Shown here piece after piece: positions 15,578 to 24,000 of a stretch of DNA of 24,000 bases (the first letter of the stretch is position 1; each line of letters opens with the position of its first letter). The notes beneath the pieces are model-generated. The model saw only the letters and a program-made list of their open reading frames with translations. It did not search any database and had not been told where the DNA came from. This DNA is from Prescottella defluvii. GTDB lineage: Bacteria; Actinomycetota; Actinomycetes; Mycobacteriales; Mycobacteriaceae. The position numbers were made by a program, and so were the translations under genes. The stretch covers positions 1-24,000 of the forward strand of contig NZ_JPOC01000079.1 in NCBI RefSeq assembly GCF_000738775.1, read 5' to 3'.

Positions 15578-15835
15578 ATGGCAGTCAAGAGGGCACCGTC
15601 GAAGAAGGGGCGCGGCGCGGACGCGGGCCGCAAGCCCAAGAAGAACCCGCTGTTCGCGGCCAAGATCGAGTACGTCGACTACAAGGACGTCAACCTGCTG
15701 CGCACGTTCATCTCCGACCGCGGCAAGATCCGCAGCCGCCGCGTCACGGGCCTCACGCCGCAGCAGCAGCGTCAGGTGGCCGTCGCGGTGAAGAACGCCC
15801 GCGAGATGGCCCTGCTGCCCTTCACCAGCCGGTAG
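15578..15835 (+). CDS. rpsR: 30S ribosomal protein S18, Cys-less (C-) paralogue
   Basis: The S18 core is [59 protein letters not shown] lies upstream of the ATG. The product has no cysteines; the Zn-binding C+ form carries CxxC...C at the equivalent positions. The gene stands alone, not in an rpsF-ssb-rpsR-rplI context. Confidence 0.93.
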   Translation: MAVKRAPSKKGRGADAGRKPKKNPLFAAKIEYVDYKDVNLLRTFISDRGKIRSRRVTGLTPQQQRQVAVAVKNAREMALLPFTSR

Positions 15836-15846
15836 CACACCCGCAT

Positions 15847-15894
15847 CGCCGAGGGGCCGCGCAGTCGAGCGACTGCGCGGCCCCTCGGCGTTTT
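15847..15894 (+). terminator. Rho-independent terminator after rpsR
   Basis: A perfect 20-bp stem, CGCCGAGGGGCCGCGCAGTC / GACTGCGCGGCCCCTCGGCG, encloses a 4-nt loop (GAGC). It is followed directly by TTTT. Confidence 0.85.
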
Positions 15895-15939
15895 CGGCGC
15901 GGACGCACCACCGGTTCGGGGCCGCGCTAGATTCTCGGG

Positions 15940-17136
15940 GTGTCGTTCTCGCTCCGTACCGCTGTTCTCCTCACCGCCACCGCCCTGACCGTGGGTGGTG
16001 TCGCGGCCTGCTCGTCCGACTCGTCGAGCACCGCGGGGGGCGGCACCGACAGCGGCGGTGTCGGGTGCATCACCGACTTCGACGCGAACACCGACTACTT
16101 CCCCGACAAGCAGGCGGTCGAGTACGCCGCGAACTTCGACATCGAGTACCACAACTCGTACCAGGTGCTGACGGTTCGCCAGCCCGGACAGCCCGACGAG
16201 GCGTACGTGCTCACCCGGTGCGGTGCCCCTGCGCCGGAGCTGACCGGCGACCTGGCCGGCGCGCAGCAGGTCACGACACCGGTGACCGACCTGTTCACCG
16301 AATCGACCACCCACCTGCCCAGCCTCGAGGCGCTCGGCCGGCTCGACGCCCTCACCGGGTTCGCGAGCGCCGACTACGTCTACAGCGAGACGGCCCGCGC
16401 ACACATCACCGGCGACGGCGTCACCCAGTTCGCGACGGCCGGTCAGGTGGACGCCGAGTCCGTCGTGGCGCAGGGCCCGCAGGCCTTCGTCACCGGCGGG
16501 TTCGAGGATCCGGCGTTTCCGGTGATCGAGCGGGCGGGCATCCCGGTCCTCGACAACTACGACTGGCTCGAGACCGATCCACGTGGCCGCGCCGAATGGA
16601 TCAAGTTCTTCGCGGCCCTGACGGGCACCGAGAAGCAGGCCACCGAGACGTTCGACGGGATCGTCGCCGACTACGACCGGTACACGACGATGGCGGCGAA
16701 CAAGACGCCGGTCGCCATCGTTCCGGGCCTGCCCTACCAGGGCGGGTGGTCGGTGCCGCTCGCCAGTTACTCCAACGAGTTGTATGCGACGGCCCGCATC
16801 ACCCACCCGTGGATGAGCGAGCCGGGCACCGGCAGCCTGCAGACCGACCTCGAAACGGTGTTCGCTCGCGCCGGGGACGCACCGGTCTCGATCAGCAATT
16901 CCGCCGACACCACCAAGGCCGCGGCGATCGCCGCGGAACCGCGCCTCGCCGAGTTCGCGGCCTTCCGTGACGGGCAGGTGTGGACGTCGTCGAACCGGGT
17001 CACCGACGCCGGCGCCATCGACATCTACGAGCAGGGCGTCCTGCGCCCGGACCTGGTGCTGGCGGACCTGATCGCGATCGCCCATCCGGATCTGATGCCC
17101 GGACACGAGTTCACCTTCTACCGCCGCCTGCAGTGA
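15940..17136 (+). CDS. ABC transporter substrate-binding lipoprotein (Peripla_BP_2, siderophore/haem/cobalamin class)
   Basis: The gene has a GTG start. The lipoprotein signal is LLTATALTVGGVAAC, with a lipobox Cys followed by a Ser/Gly-rich linker. The body resembles FecB/BtuF-class binding proteins (…FDIEYHNSYQVLTV…, …DWLETDPRGRAEWIKFFAALTG…). It is followed by the FecCD permease. Confidence 0.8.
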   Translation: MSFSLRTAVLLTATALTVGGVAACSSDSSSTAGGGTDSGGVGCITDFDANTDYFPDKQAVEYAANFDIEYHNSYQVLTVRQPGQPDEAYVLTRCGAPAPELTGDLAGAQQVTTPVTDLFTESTTHLPSLEALGRLDALTGFASADYVYSETARAHITGDGVTQFATAGQVDAESVVAQGPQAFVTGGFEDPAFPVIERAGIPVLDNYDWLETDPRGRAEWIKFFAALTGTEKQATETFDGIVADYDRYTTMAANKTPVAIVPGLPYQGGWSVPLASYSNELYATARITHPWMSEPGTGSLQTDLETVFARAGDAPVSISNSADTTKAAAIAAEPRLAEFAAFRDGQVWTSSNRVTDAGAIDIYEQGVLRPDLVLADLIAIAHPDLMPGHEFTFYRRLQ

Positions 17137-18163
17137 ACCGCACCGCAGCCGCACTGACCGCACTCGCCGCGTTCGTCGTCGTCGCGGTCGTGCTCGCGGT
17201 GTCGGTGGGGTCGGTGACGATCCCGTTCGACGCCACCGCGCGATACCTGCTGACCGGGGATGCGGGCAATGCGCGCTGGACGACGCTCGTCGCCGACATC
17301 CGGCTCCCCCGCGTCGTCACCGCGGCCTGCGCGGGCGCCGCGCTCGCCGTCGCCGGTCTGCTGATGCAGACGCTGTTCGCGAACCCGCTCGCCGACCCGT
17401 ACATCCTCGGGGTGTCGTCCGGCGCGAGTCTGGGTGTCGCGCTGGTCGTGCTCGGTTCGGGGACCGGCGCCGGCGTGTTCGCCGCGGTGGCCGGAACGGG
17501 ACGGCTGGGGATCGCGGCGGCCGCGGCGATCGGGGCCCTGGTGGTGCTGCTCGTGGTGCTGGCGATCTCGCGCTGGATCAGGTCGGTGGTGACCCTGCTG
17601 ATCGTCGGCGTCATGGTCGGTTCGGTCACCAGTGCCGTCGTCTCCCTGCTCGTCGCGTTCTCCCAGCCCGCGCAGATGCAGCAGTTCATCCTGTGGAGCC
17701 TGGGGTCGTACTCCGGCGCATCGTGGTCCGATCTGCGTGTGCTGATTCCCGCTGTCGTCGTCGGAATCATGCTGGCCGCCACCCTGGTTCGCCCGCTCAA
17801 CGCGATGCTGCTCGGCGAGGACTACGCCCACTCGATGGGCGTGCACATGCTGCGCACCCGCACGGTCGCGATCACCTCGGCGGCGCTGCTGGCCGGCGCG
17901 GTCACCGCATTCTGCGGGCCCATCGCCTTCCTCGGGATCGCGGTCCCGCACCTCGCGCGCCTGGTCCTCGGGACATCGGATCACCGGGTGCTGCTGCCCG
18001 GCGCCGTCCTCATGGGGGCCGCGGTGTCACTGCTGTGCTCGGTGGTGGCGCAGTTGCCGGGCCGGGACGGGGTGCTGCCGCTCAACGTCGTGACCGCGCT
18101 GGTCGGGGCGCCGGTCGTCATCCTCGTTCTGATGCGGTCGCGGCAGACCAAGGCGGGAATGGC

Positions 18164-18167
<4 letters not shown>
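17133..18167 (+). CDS. FecCD/BtuC-family ABC transporter permease
   Basis: The GTG at 17133 overlaps the binding-protein stop (GTGA). FecCD signatures are present: LLMQTLFANPLADPYILGVSSGASLG and multiple TM helices. The ORF-track start at 16980 lies inside the upstream gene. Confidence 0.88.
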
Positions 18168-18940
<773 letters not shown>

Positions 18941-19002
18941 GCGCCCGAACACGTCTCTGACACCGGCATTTTCGTTGCCCCGACTAAACAAACCGACCGG
19001 TC

Positions 19003-19031
19003 TTGTATTTGCTGTCCGGGTTGTCTACTCT
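19003..19031 (+). promoter_or_regulatory. Candidate promoter for the Gly/Ser-repeat secreted protein gene
   Basis: TTGTAT (19003-19008), a 17-nt spacer, then TACTCT (19026-19031) lie in the AT-richer intergenic stretch. This implies a leader of about 200 nt. It is sequence-only evidence. Confidence 0.3.
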
Positions 19032-19240
19032 GAGTGAAGTCGTTCAGCTCTTCAGTCACATGAACGAGGGGGCGACGCCTGTACCCATGGGGGGATCACA
19101 GGGGATGGCGTCGAAGGTATCCAGAAGGCATCCGCCGAACACCGACGTCGCATCGACTCATGGCATCCCGGGCCGGCCTTTCGGCCGCTTCCCACCGGGG
19201 CGTCGAACCGTGTCCACTACACGCACAGAGGTGAGTAAGT

Positions 19241-20113
19241 ATGTCCAAGAACGCATTCCGAATCGGATCCGCCGCAGCGATCCTCAGCGCCGTCGCGCTC
19301 GTCGCACCCGCGATCGCTGGCGCCTCGTCGACCGGATCGCTCGGCTCGACCGGCTCCACCGGCTCGACGGGCTCTGCCGGCTCCAGCGAGACCACGGAGG
19401 CGCCCGAGGCGTTCGCCTGCGCCGAACTGTCGACCAAGACCACCCCCAACGGCTGGGGCAACCCGTTCGACGACGAGGTCCGGCAGATCGCGTACCACAC
19501 CGACAAGAAGGTGCTCGACGAAGACGGCTCGCTGAAGCTCGAGGTCTTCGGCACCGCCGACCGGTCGGCCAGCTACCACGAAGCCGGCGGCATCAAGCTG
19601 TCCGACGCCATCAAGCAGGAGATCGGCTTCTCCGAGCGCGGCGCGAACCCGCAGGCCTCGTTCCAGCTGCGCCTGACCGGGACCACCGACAACGAGAAGT
19701 ACAAGGACAACGGCTTCACGACCCTGGTCTGGGTTCCGGACGCCGACGCCGCCGACACCACCGAGGGCTACACCCACGCCAACCTGCAGGACGGCAAGTG
19801 GTGGAGCACGTCGAACATCGCGGGCGCCACCGGCCGCGCGCTCGTGCCGCTCGCCGACATCGCCGCGGCCAACCCGGACGCGGTCGTCGACCACTACGGA
19901 GTGAGCATCGGCCGCGGATCCGAGGAGACCTCGACGCTGGTCGACGCCGTGAAGTTCAACGGCTGCACCACGAACTTCGCGCTGAAGGATCCGGCGCCGA
20001 GCGAGACCGACTCGCCGGAGAGCGGTTCGCTCGGTTCGGCGGGCTCGTCGAGCACCGGTTCGCTCGGCTCGCTGGATCTCGGGTCGCTGAGCACCGATTC
20101 GCTCGGTTCCTGA
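19241..20113 (+). CDS. Secreted protein of unknown function; Cys-bracketed globular domain flanked by GSLGS/GSTGS repeats
   Basis: A strong SD (GAGGTGAG) precedes the ATG. The Sec signal is MSKNAFRIGSAAAILSAVALVAPAIAGA. An N-terminal SSTGSLGSTGSTGSTGSAGSS linker follows. The core is about 190 aa, running from ...FACAEL to ...KFNGC. The C-terminal 30 aa are SGSLGSAGSSSTGSLGSLDLGSLSTDSLGS. GC3 is high. I recognise no family. Confidence 0.85.
   Translation: MSKNAFRIGSAAAILSAVALVAPAIAGASSTGSLGSTGSTGSTGSAGSSETTEAPEAFACAELSTKTTPNGWGNPFDDEVRQIAYHTDKKVLDEDGSLKLEVFGTADRSASYHEAGGIKLSDAIKQEIGFSERGANPQASFQLRLTGTTDNEKYKDNGFTTLVWVPDADAADTTEGYTHANLQDGKWWSTSNIAGATGRALVPLADIAAANPDAVVDHYGVSIGRGSEETSTLVDAVKFNGCTTNFALKDPAPSETDSPESGSLGSAGSSSTGSLGSLDLGSLSTDSLGS
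19325..19387 (+). repeat. In-frame Gly/Ser(Thr) micro-repeat (N-terminal linker)
   Basis: Reiterated GGCTCSACS/GGATCGCTC units encode (S/T)G S(L/T)G repeats. Confidence 0.7.
20021..20110 (+). repeat. In-frame GSLGS repeat tract (C-terminal tail)
   Basis: The unit GGTTCGCTCGGYTCG occurs twice (20024 and 20057), and GATTCGCTCGGTTCC (20096) is a third near-copy. Together they encode SLGS-type repeats up to the stop codon. Confidence 0.7.
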
Positions 20114-20130
20114 TCCGTCTTCACGTCACG

Positions 20131-20170
20131 GCGCCCCCACCTCCTCGACTTCCCGAGGAGGTGGGGGCGC
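20131..20170 (+). terminator. Terminator hairpin after the secreted-protein gene
   Basis: A perfect 17-bp stem, GCGCCCCCACCTCCTCG / CGAGGAGGTGGGGGCGC, encloses a 6-nt loop. It starts 18 nt after the stop. An outer partial pairing (CGTCACG / CGTGACG) flanks it. Confidence 0.75.
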
Positions 20171-20278
20171 GGTCGTCGTGACGGACGCGGAGGCATCACC
20201 GGTGATCGGCGGCGGTAAGCTTCCCGAACTGGGTTGATCATGCAGGTCGGCGCCACAAGGGAATCGAAGGATGTAGGC

Positions 20279-21205
20279 GTGTCGGGCGTGGTGGCAGGGT
20301 TCACGGTCATCTTCGTCGTCATCGCGATCGGATACTTCCTCGGGCGCAGCGGCACGCTCGGCGACCACGGACAGTTCGTCCTCAGCCGCCTGGTGTTCTT
20401 CGTCGCGACCCCGGCGCTGCTGTTCGACACCCTCGCGAACTCCGACCTATCGGTCGTCTTCTCCCCCACCCTGGCCGTCGCGGCGGCCACGGCGTTCGCG
20501 GTCGCCGGCATCTACCTGGCCGTCGCGAAACTGTGGCTGCGAAGACCGCTGCCGGAACTGACGATCGGCGCGCTCGCGTCGTCGTACGTGAACTCGGCGA
20601 ATCTCGGCATCCCCATCGCGGTGTTCGTCCTGGGCGACGCATCGTTCGTCGCGCCGTTGCTGCTGTTCCAGATCATGATCTTCTCGCCGATCGCTCTGAC
20701 CGTCCTCGACGTCAGCACGATGCGTGAGGGCAGCTCCCGGCTCGAGACGATCACCGCACCGTTCAAGAACCCGATCGTGCTCGCCGGGGCCGCCGGACTC
20801 GCTGTCGCAGTGTCGAACTGGACGCCGCCCGAGGCGCTGATGCAGCCGTTCCGGCTCATCGGCGGCGCCTCCGTCCCCGGCGCCCTGCTGGCGTTCGGAC
20901 TGTCCCTGTACGGGGTGCGCGTCCTCGAGAAAGGTGCGAGCCCGCGGCGTGACGTGGCGCTGGCGTCGGTGCTGAAGATCTGCGTGCAACCGGTCCTCGC
21001 GTACCTGATGGCCCGCTTCCTACTCGGCCTCGACGGGCACGAACTGTTCGCGATCGTCGTTGTCTCCACCCTGCCGACCGCGCAGAACGTCTTCGTCTAC
21101 GCGAGCCGCTACCAGCGCGGCATGGTCCTCGCGCGAGACGCGGCCTTCGTCACGACGCTGGCGTCGATCCCGGCGATCGCGCTGGTCGCGGCACTGCTGA
21201 CCTGA
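20279..21205 (+). CDS. AEC (auxin efflux carrier) family transporter
   Basis: The product has the typical AEC N-terminus (V)SGVVAGFTVIFVVIAIGYFLGR and about 10 TM helices. The GTG at 20279 is preceded by GAAGGA with 7-nt spacing. The ORF-track start at 20234 is a TTG with no SD. Confidence 0.85.
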   Translation: MSGVVAGFTVIFVVIAIGYFLGRSGTLGDHGQFVLSRLVFFVATPALLFDTLANSDLSVVFSPTLAVAAATAFAVAGIYLAVAKLWLRRPLPELTIGALASSYVNSANLGIPIAVFVLGDASFVAPLLLFQIMIFSPIALTVLDVSTMREGSSRLETITAPFKNPIVLAGAAGLAVAVSNWTPPEALMQPFRLIGGASVPGALLAFGLSLYGVRVLEKGASPRRDVALASVLKICVQPVLAYLMARFLLGLDGHELFAIVVVSTLPTAQNVFVYASRYQRGMVLARDAAFVTTLASIPAIALVAALLT

Positions 21206-21221
21206 TCGGGATCGATGGGAC

Positions 21222-21917
21222 TCACAGGATCCCGAGTTCCGTGGCGCGCACCGCCAGCCGCACCCTCGACCGCGTGCCGGTCTTGGAGAAGATGTTCTCG
21301 AGGTGGGTTGCCACCGTCCTCCGGCCGACCAGCAGTTCCGTCGCGATCTCGGCATTGCTCAATCCCTGTGCGACAAGTGTCAGGATCTGATGTTCCCGGC
21401 GGCTGAGCCGGAACTTCTCGCGGTCGCCGTGATCGGCGACGATCCGGCGGCACTGCACCGCGAGGGCCTCGATCCCCGCGCGCGCGGCCGAATCGATCTC
21501 GGGGCGGGCGAAACTCACGTGCAGGACACTGGTGACCTCGCCGCGCTCGAGGCCGAGCGCCACCGACGACCCTTCCCGGAATCCGGACGGACGCAGCACG
21601 TCCTCCACGGTGGTCGTCCGCTGGAAGTCCGGAACGTCCTCCCAGCAGACCGGACGACCGGAGGCGATCCGGATGTGGTCGAAGACCTGGGCGTCGTCGA
21701 CGAACTCCCGAGCCAGGTACTGCGCGACGGGCAGCGTGTACCCGCCGTTGGCGAGCACCCGGTGCGAGCGGTCGCCGCGACTGCGGTACGTGATGGCGGC
21801 TGCGGCATAGCCGAGTTCGGTCGACCAGCGCGAGAGCAGGCCGTACGCGACGGTGACCGGGGATCGGGACGCCAGCAGGTCCTGATCCACGGTCACCGTC
21901 GCGCGCTGCTCGCTCAT
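21222..21917 (-). CDS. LuxR-family transcriptional regulator (N-terminal GAF-like sensor, C-terminal GerE HTH)
   Basis: The C-terminus is LSRREHQILTLVAQGLSNAEIATELLVGRRTVATHLENIFSKTGTRSRVRLAV, a canonical LuxR/GerE HTH. The N-terminal domain of about 160 aa has unassigned sensor function. Confidence 0.88.
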   Translation of the reverse strand: MSEQRATVTVDQDLLASRSPVTVAYGLLSRWSTELGYAAAAITYRSRGDRSHRVLANGGYTLPVAQYLAREFVDDAQVFDHIRIASGRPVCWEDVPDFQRTTTVEDVLRPSGFREGSSVALGLERGEVTSVLHVSFARPEIDSAARAGIEALAVQCRRIVADHGDREKFRLSRREHQILTLVAQGLSNAEIATELLVGRRTVATHLENIFSKTGTRSRVRLAVRATELGIL

Positions 21918-21938
21918 GGACCCGAATGTACCTGCGAG

Positions 21939-23357
21939 CTACGCCACCGGACGCCGCTCGGCCCAGGGCCGCGCCTGTTCGAGGCTCGCCGCGGCACGCA
22001 GAACGAGCGCGTCCTGACGATGACGCGCCGCGATCTGCAGACCGACGGGGCGCCCGTCCGGGGTGAAGCCGGCGGGCACCGTGATCGCCGGATTGTTGAG
22101 CATGTTGTACGGGTAGGTCAGCAGCCAGCCCAGCAACTGCTCACGCAGCGACCTGCCCTCCAGCCAGTCCGGCGTGAACTGGGTGAGTGGGAACGTGGCG
22201 GATGCGAGCGTCGGCGAGATCAGGACGTCGTAGTCGTTCATGAACTCCGTCCAGGTGTCCCACATCCCTCCCCGGAAGGTGTCGGCACGGCCGTAGTCGA
22301 CACCGGTCAGTCGTCGACCCTCGTGAATGAGCTCGATCAGGTTGTCGTCGACCTGGCCGTGGAGCGAGTCCCAGTCGAGCATGTCGTGCTCGCCGGCGAA
22401 GCCCGGCACCCAGATGCCATGCCACATCGCTTCCGACGGATCGCCCCAGCACGGCGTCGCCTCGACGACCTTGGCGCCCGCCTCCTCGAAGCACGCCAGC
22501 GCCTCCACACACACCGCGGCGACGTCGGCGTCGACCGGCCCCAGACCGAGGTTCGGCGACCATGCGACCCGCAGACCGTCGATACCGCCGCGCGCCGCCT
22601 CCACATACGACGACTCGACCCGCTCGATGCTCAGCGGATCCGAATGATCAGGACCGGCAAGAACATCCAGCATCAGGGCGTTGTCGGCGACGGTCCGGGT
22701 GATCGGCCCGTGGTAGGCCCAGTTGTTGAAGCGGCCCGGCATGATCGTCTGCGGGATCACCCCGGTCGTGGGCTTGAGTCCGACGACGCCGCACAGCGAC
22801 GCCGGGATCCGCACCGAGCCGGCGCCGTCGCTGCCCTCCGCGAGCGGGCCCAGACCGGCGGCGACGGCGGCCGCCGCACCGCCACTCGATCCACCCGCGG
22901 AGTAGCCGGGCTTCCACGGATTGTGGGTCGGACCGAACAGGTGGTTGTCGGTGCCTCCGTAGTAGCCGCTCTCCGGCGTGTTCGTCTTGCCGAGATACAG
23001 TCCGCCGGCCTGGCGCAGCCGTGTCACGATCACGGCGTCACGCTCGGCGATGTTGTCGCGCATGGGCTTCAGCCCGAACGTCGTCGGGGTTCCCTGGACG
23101 TCGGTGAGGTCCTTGATCGTGAACGGGACGCCGTGGAGTGGGCCCAGCGCGTCGCCGCTGTCCTGTGCACGCGCCAGTTCGGCAGCGTCACGTCGCACCT
23201 GCTCGGCGTCGAACTGCACGATCGCATTGACGGCAGGGTTGACCTCCTCGACGCGACGGATCATCTCCTCCGCGATCTCGTTCGGCGACAACTTCTTCGA
23301 GGCGACCTGCGCGGCCATCTCGGTGGCCGGCATCCAACCCAGGTCCGATGTGCTCAT
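21939..23357 (-). CDS. Amidase-signature family amidase
   Basis: The AS signature is GGSSGGAAAAVAAGLGPLAEGSDGAGSVRIPASLCGVVGLKPTTG. The ATG at 23357 is preceded by GAAGGG with 8-nt spacing; the ORF-track start at 23366 is a GTG abutting the SD. Confidence 0.92.
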   Translation of the reverse strand: MSTSDLGWMPATEMAAQVASKKLSPNEIAEEMIRRVEEVNPAVNAIVQFDAEQVRRDAAELARAQDSGDALGPLHGVPFTIKDLTDVQGTPTTFGLKPMRDNIAERDAVIVTRLRQAGGLYLGKTNTPESGYYGGTDNHLFGPTHNPWKPGYSAGGSSGGAAAAVAAGLGPLAEGSDGAGSVRIPASLCGVVGLKPTTGVIPQTIMPGRFNNWAYHGPITRTVADNALMLDVLAGPDHSDPLSIERVESSYVEAARGGIDGLRVAWSPNLGLGPVDADVAAVCVEALACFEEAGAKVVEATPCWGDPSEAMWHGIWVPGFAGEHDMLDWDSLHGQVDDNLIELIHEGRRLTGVDYGRADTFRGGMWDTWTEFMNDYDVLISPTLASATFPLTQFTPDWLEGRSLREQLLGWLLTYPYNMLNNPAITVPAGFTPDGRPVGLQIAARHRQDALVLRAAASLEQARPWAERRPVA

Positions 23358-23456
23358 GGGAACCACCCTTCACGGTGACGTGTTTCGGAGACGACCGCAA
23401 CGCTATGACCGCCGTCACACCGGCACCATCGGTCGGATGACCGATGGCGCGCCGGT

Positions 23457-24000
23457 TCACCGCTGCGGTCGGCGCATCCGCATGTAGTCGCTGACGACCG
23501 CCGCCCCGAGGCCGTCGAGGGCGGGCGCCACCACCCGGCCGCCGACACGCTGCGCCATCCGGTCGACGACGCGGGCCAGCCCCGGATCGTCGCCGAGCCG
23601 GAAGATCGTGACCTGCGCGCCCAGGCGGGCGAGGGTGTCGAGTTCACGCACCGTCAGGCCGAGCGTGCGCACGCTCGGCGGGTAGTCGAAGAACGCCTCA
23701 CCGTCGGGTTCGAGGTGCGCGGTGGGCTCGCCGTCGGTGACGATGAGCACGACGGGCTGCGCATCGGGGTGCCGACGCAGGTGCCGGGCCGCGAGCAGCA
23801 GCGCGTGGTGCAGATTGGTGCCCTGATCCCAGGCACCGTCCAGACCGGCCAGCTCCGCCGCGGTCAGCACCTGCGCGTGCCGACCGAAACCTATGAGCTG
23901 CAACGCATCCCCACGAAATCTCGTGGTCACCAGATGCTCGAGCGCGAGCGCGGTGCGTTTCATCGGCACCCAGCGCCCGTCCATCACCATCGAGAACGAC
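23457..24000 (-). CDS. VWA-domain protein, C-terminal part (5' end beyond window)
   Basis: The pattern is VWA-like: ...FRGDALQLIGFGRHA...GTNLHHALLLAARHL...PVVLIVTDGEPTAH...VTIFRLGDD. The reading frame stays open to the window edge, so the M at 23990 is probably internal. Confidence 0.75.
   Translation of the reverse strand, partial: SFSMVMDGRWVPMKRTALALEHLVTTRFRGDALQLIGFGRHAQVLTAAELAGLDGAWDQGTNLHHALLLAARHLRRHPDAQPVVLIVTDGEPTAHLEPDGEAFFDYPPSVRTLGLTVRELDTLARLGAQVTIFRLGDDPGLARVVDRMAQRVGGRVVAPALDGLGAAVVSDYMRMRRPQR

Noticed and set aside
15836-15939. Cobalamin riboswitch or IdeR box upstream of the FecCD-type importer
   Set aside because: The interval is mostly occupied by the rpsR terminator. 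The remaining ~45 nt are too short for a B12 element and show no IdeR-like palindrome.
15772-17163. 463-aa ORF on the - strand opposite the ABC binding-protein gene; similar cases at 17111..17984 and 17981..18991
   Set aside because: These are shadow ORFs. The + strand frames carry the lipobox, FecCD and Walker motifs and are translationally coupled.
19060-19240. Possible c-di-AMP (ydaO-type) riboswitch in the leader of the secreted-protein gene
   Set aside because: There are some reminiscent pieces (GGGGG...CCCA...GGGGGGATC, CCGAACACCGAC). However, I cannot find the highly conserved ACAGCUAAC-type core or the pseudo-twofold AAUC...GGUA modules. It is kept only as an unclassified structured leader, and Infernal would decide.
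19003-20181. 392-aa ORF overlapping the secreted-protein gene in another + frame
   Set aside because: It is Arg-rich and reads through the terminator hairpin. The 19241 frame has an SD, a signal peptide and a sensible composition.
21303-23378. 691-aa ORF on the + strand antisense to the LuxR and amidase genes
   Set aside because: It spans two real genes and their intergenic gap on the opposite strand. It has no motifs and an Arg/Gly/Asp-rich composition.

Overview
High-GC (roughly 68-70%) actinobacterial chromosome. It comes from a mycolic-acid-containing Corynebacteriales organism (Rhodococcus/Nocardia/Gordonia-like); this is inferred from two MspA-family porin genes and from gene order that mirrors the M. 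tuberculosis Rv0981-Rv0996 block. The window looks like densely packed core genome. It carries tRNA-Ala, a GlpR/SepX-like membrane protein, a GNAT (RimJ-like), MoeA, GalU, 5-formyl-THF cyclo-ligase, a CIRCE-controlled zinc-ribbon chaperone (Ruc-like), a SAF-domain protein and MscL. These are followed by an MspA porin and the mprA-mprB-pepD-moaB2 envelope-stress operon. The remainder holds a TRIC/UPF0126 channel, a Cys-less S18 paralogue, a FecCD/BtuCD-type ABC importer, a Gly/Ser-repeat secreted protein, an AEC transporter, a LuxR regulator, an amidase and a partial VWA protein. I see no CRISPR, transposase, integrase, phage, toxin-antitoxin or recognisable defence genes, and no strong candidate for a wholly new multi-gene system. 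The points most worth a second look are listed here. (1) The MoeA/GNAT/3-TM-protein trio probably equals the gephyrin-like Glp-GlpR divisome module. (2) A strongly divergent, Cys-containing MspA paralogue sits next to a ClC exchanger. (3) Two 19-bp direct-repeat boxes (TCTCAGnG-N3-TCTCAGnC) lie exactly upstream of mprA and pepD. (4) A near-consensus CIRCE operator precedes the Ruc-like gene. (5) An orphan Cys-less S18 has no recognisable Zur box. (6) An uncharacterised secreted protein is bracketed by GSLGS repeats and preceded by a long, structured leader. (7) A small acidic ORF ending in PPHHG closes the stress operon. All homology statements are by-eye motif recognition; no searches were run.
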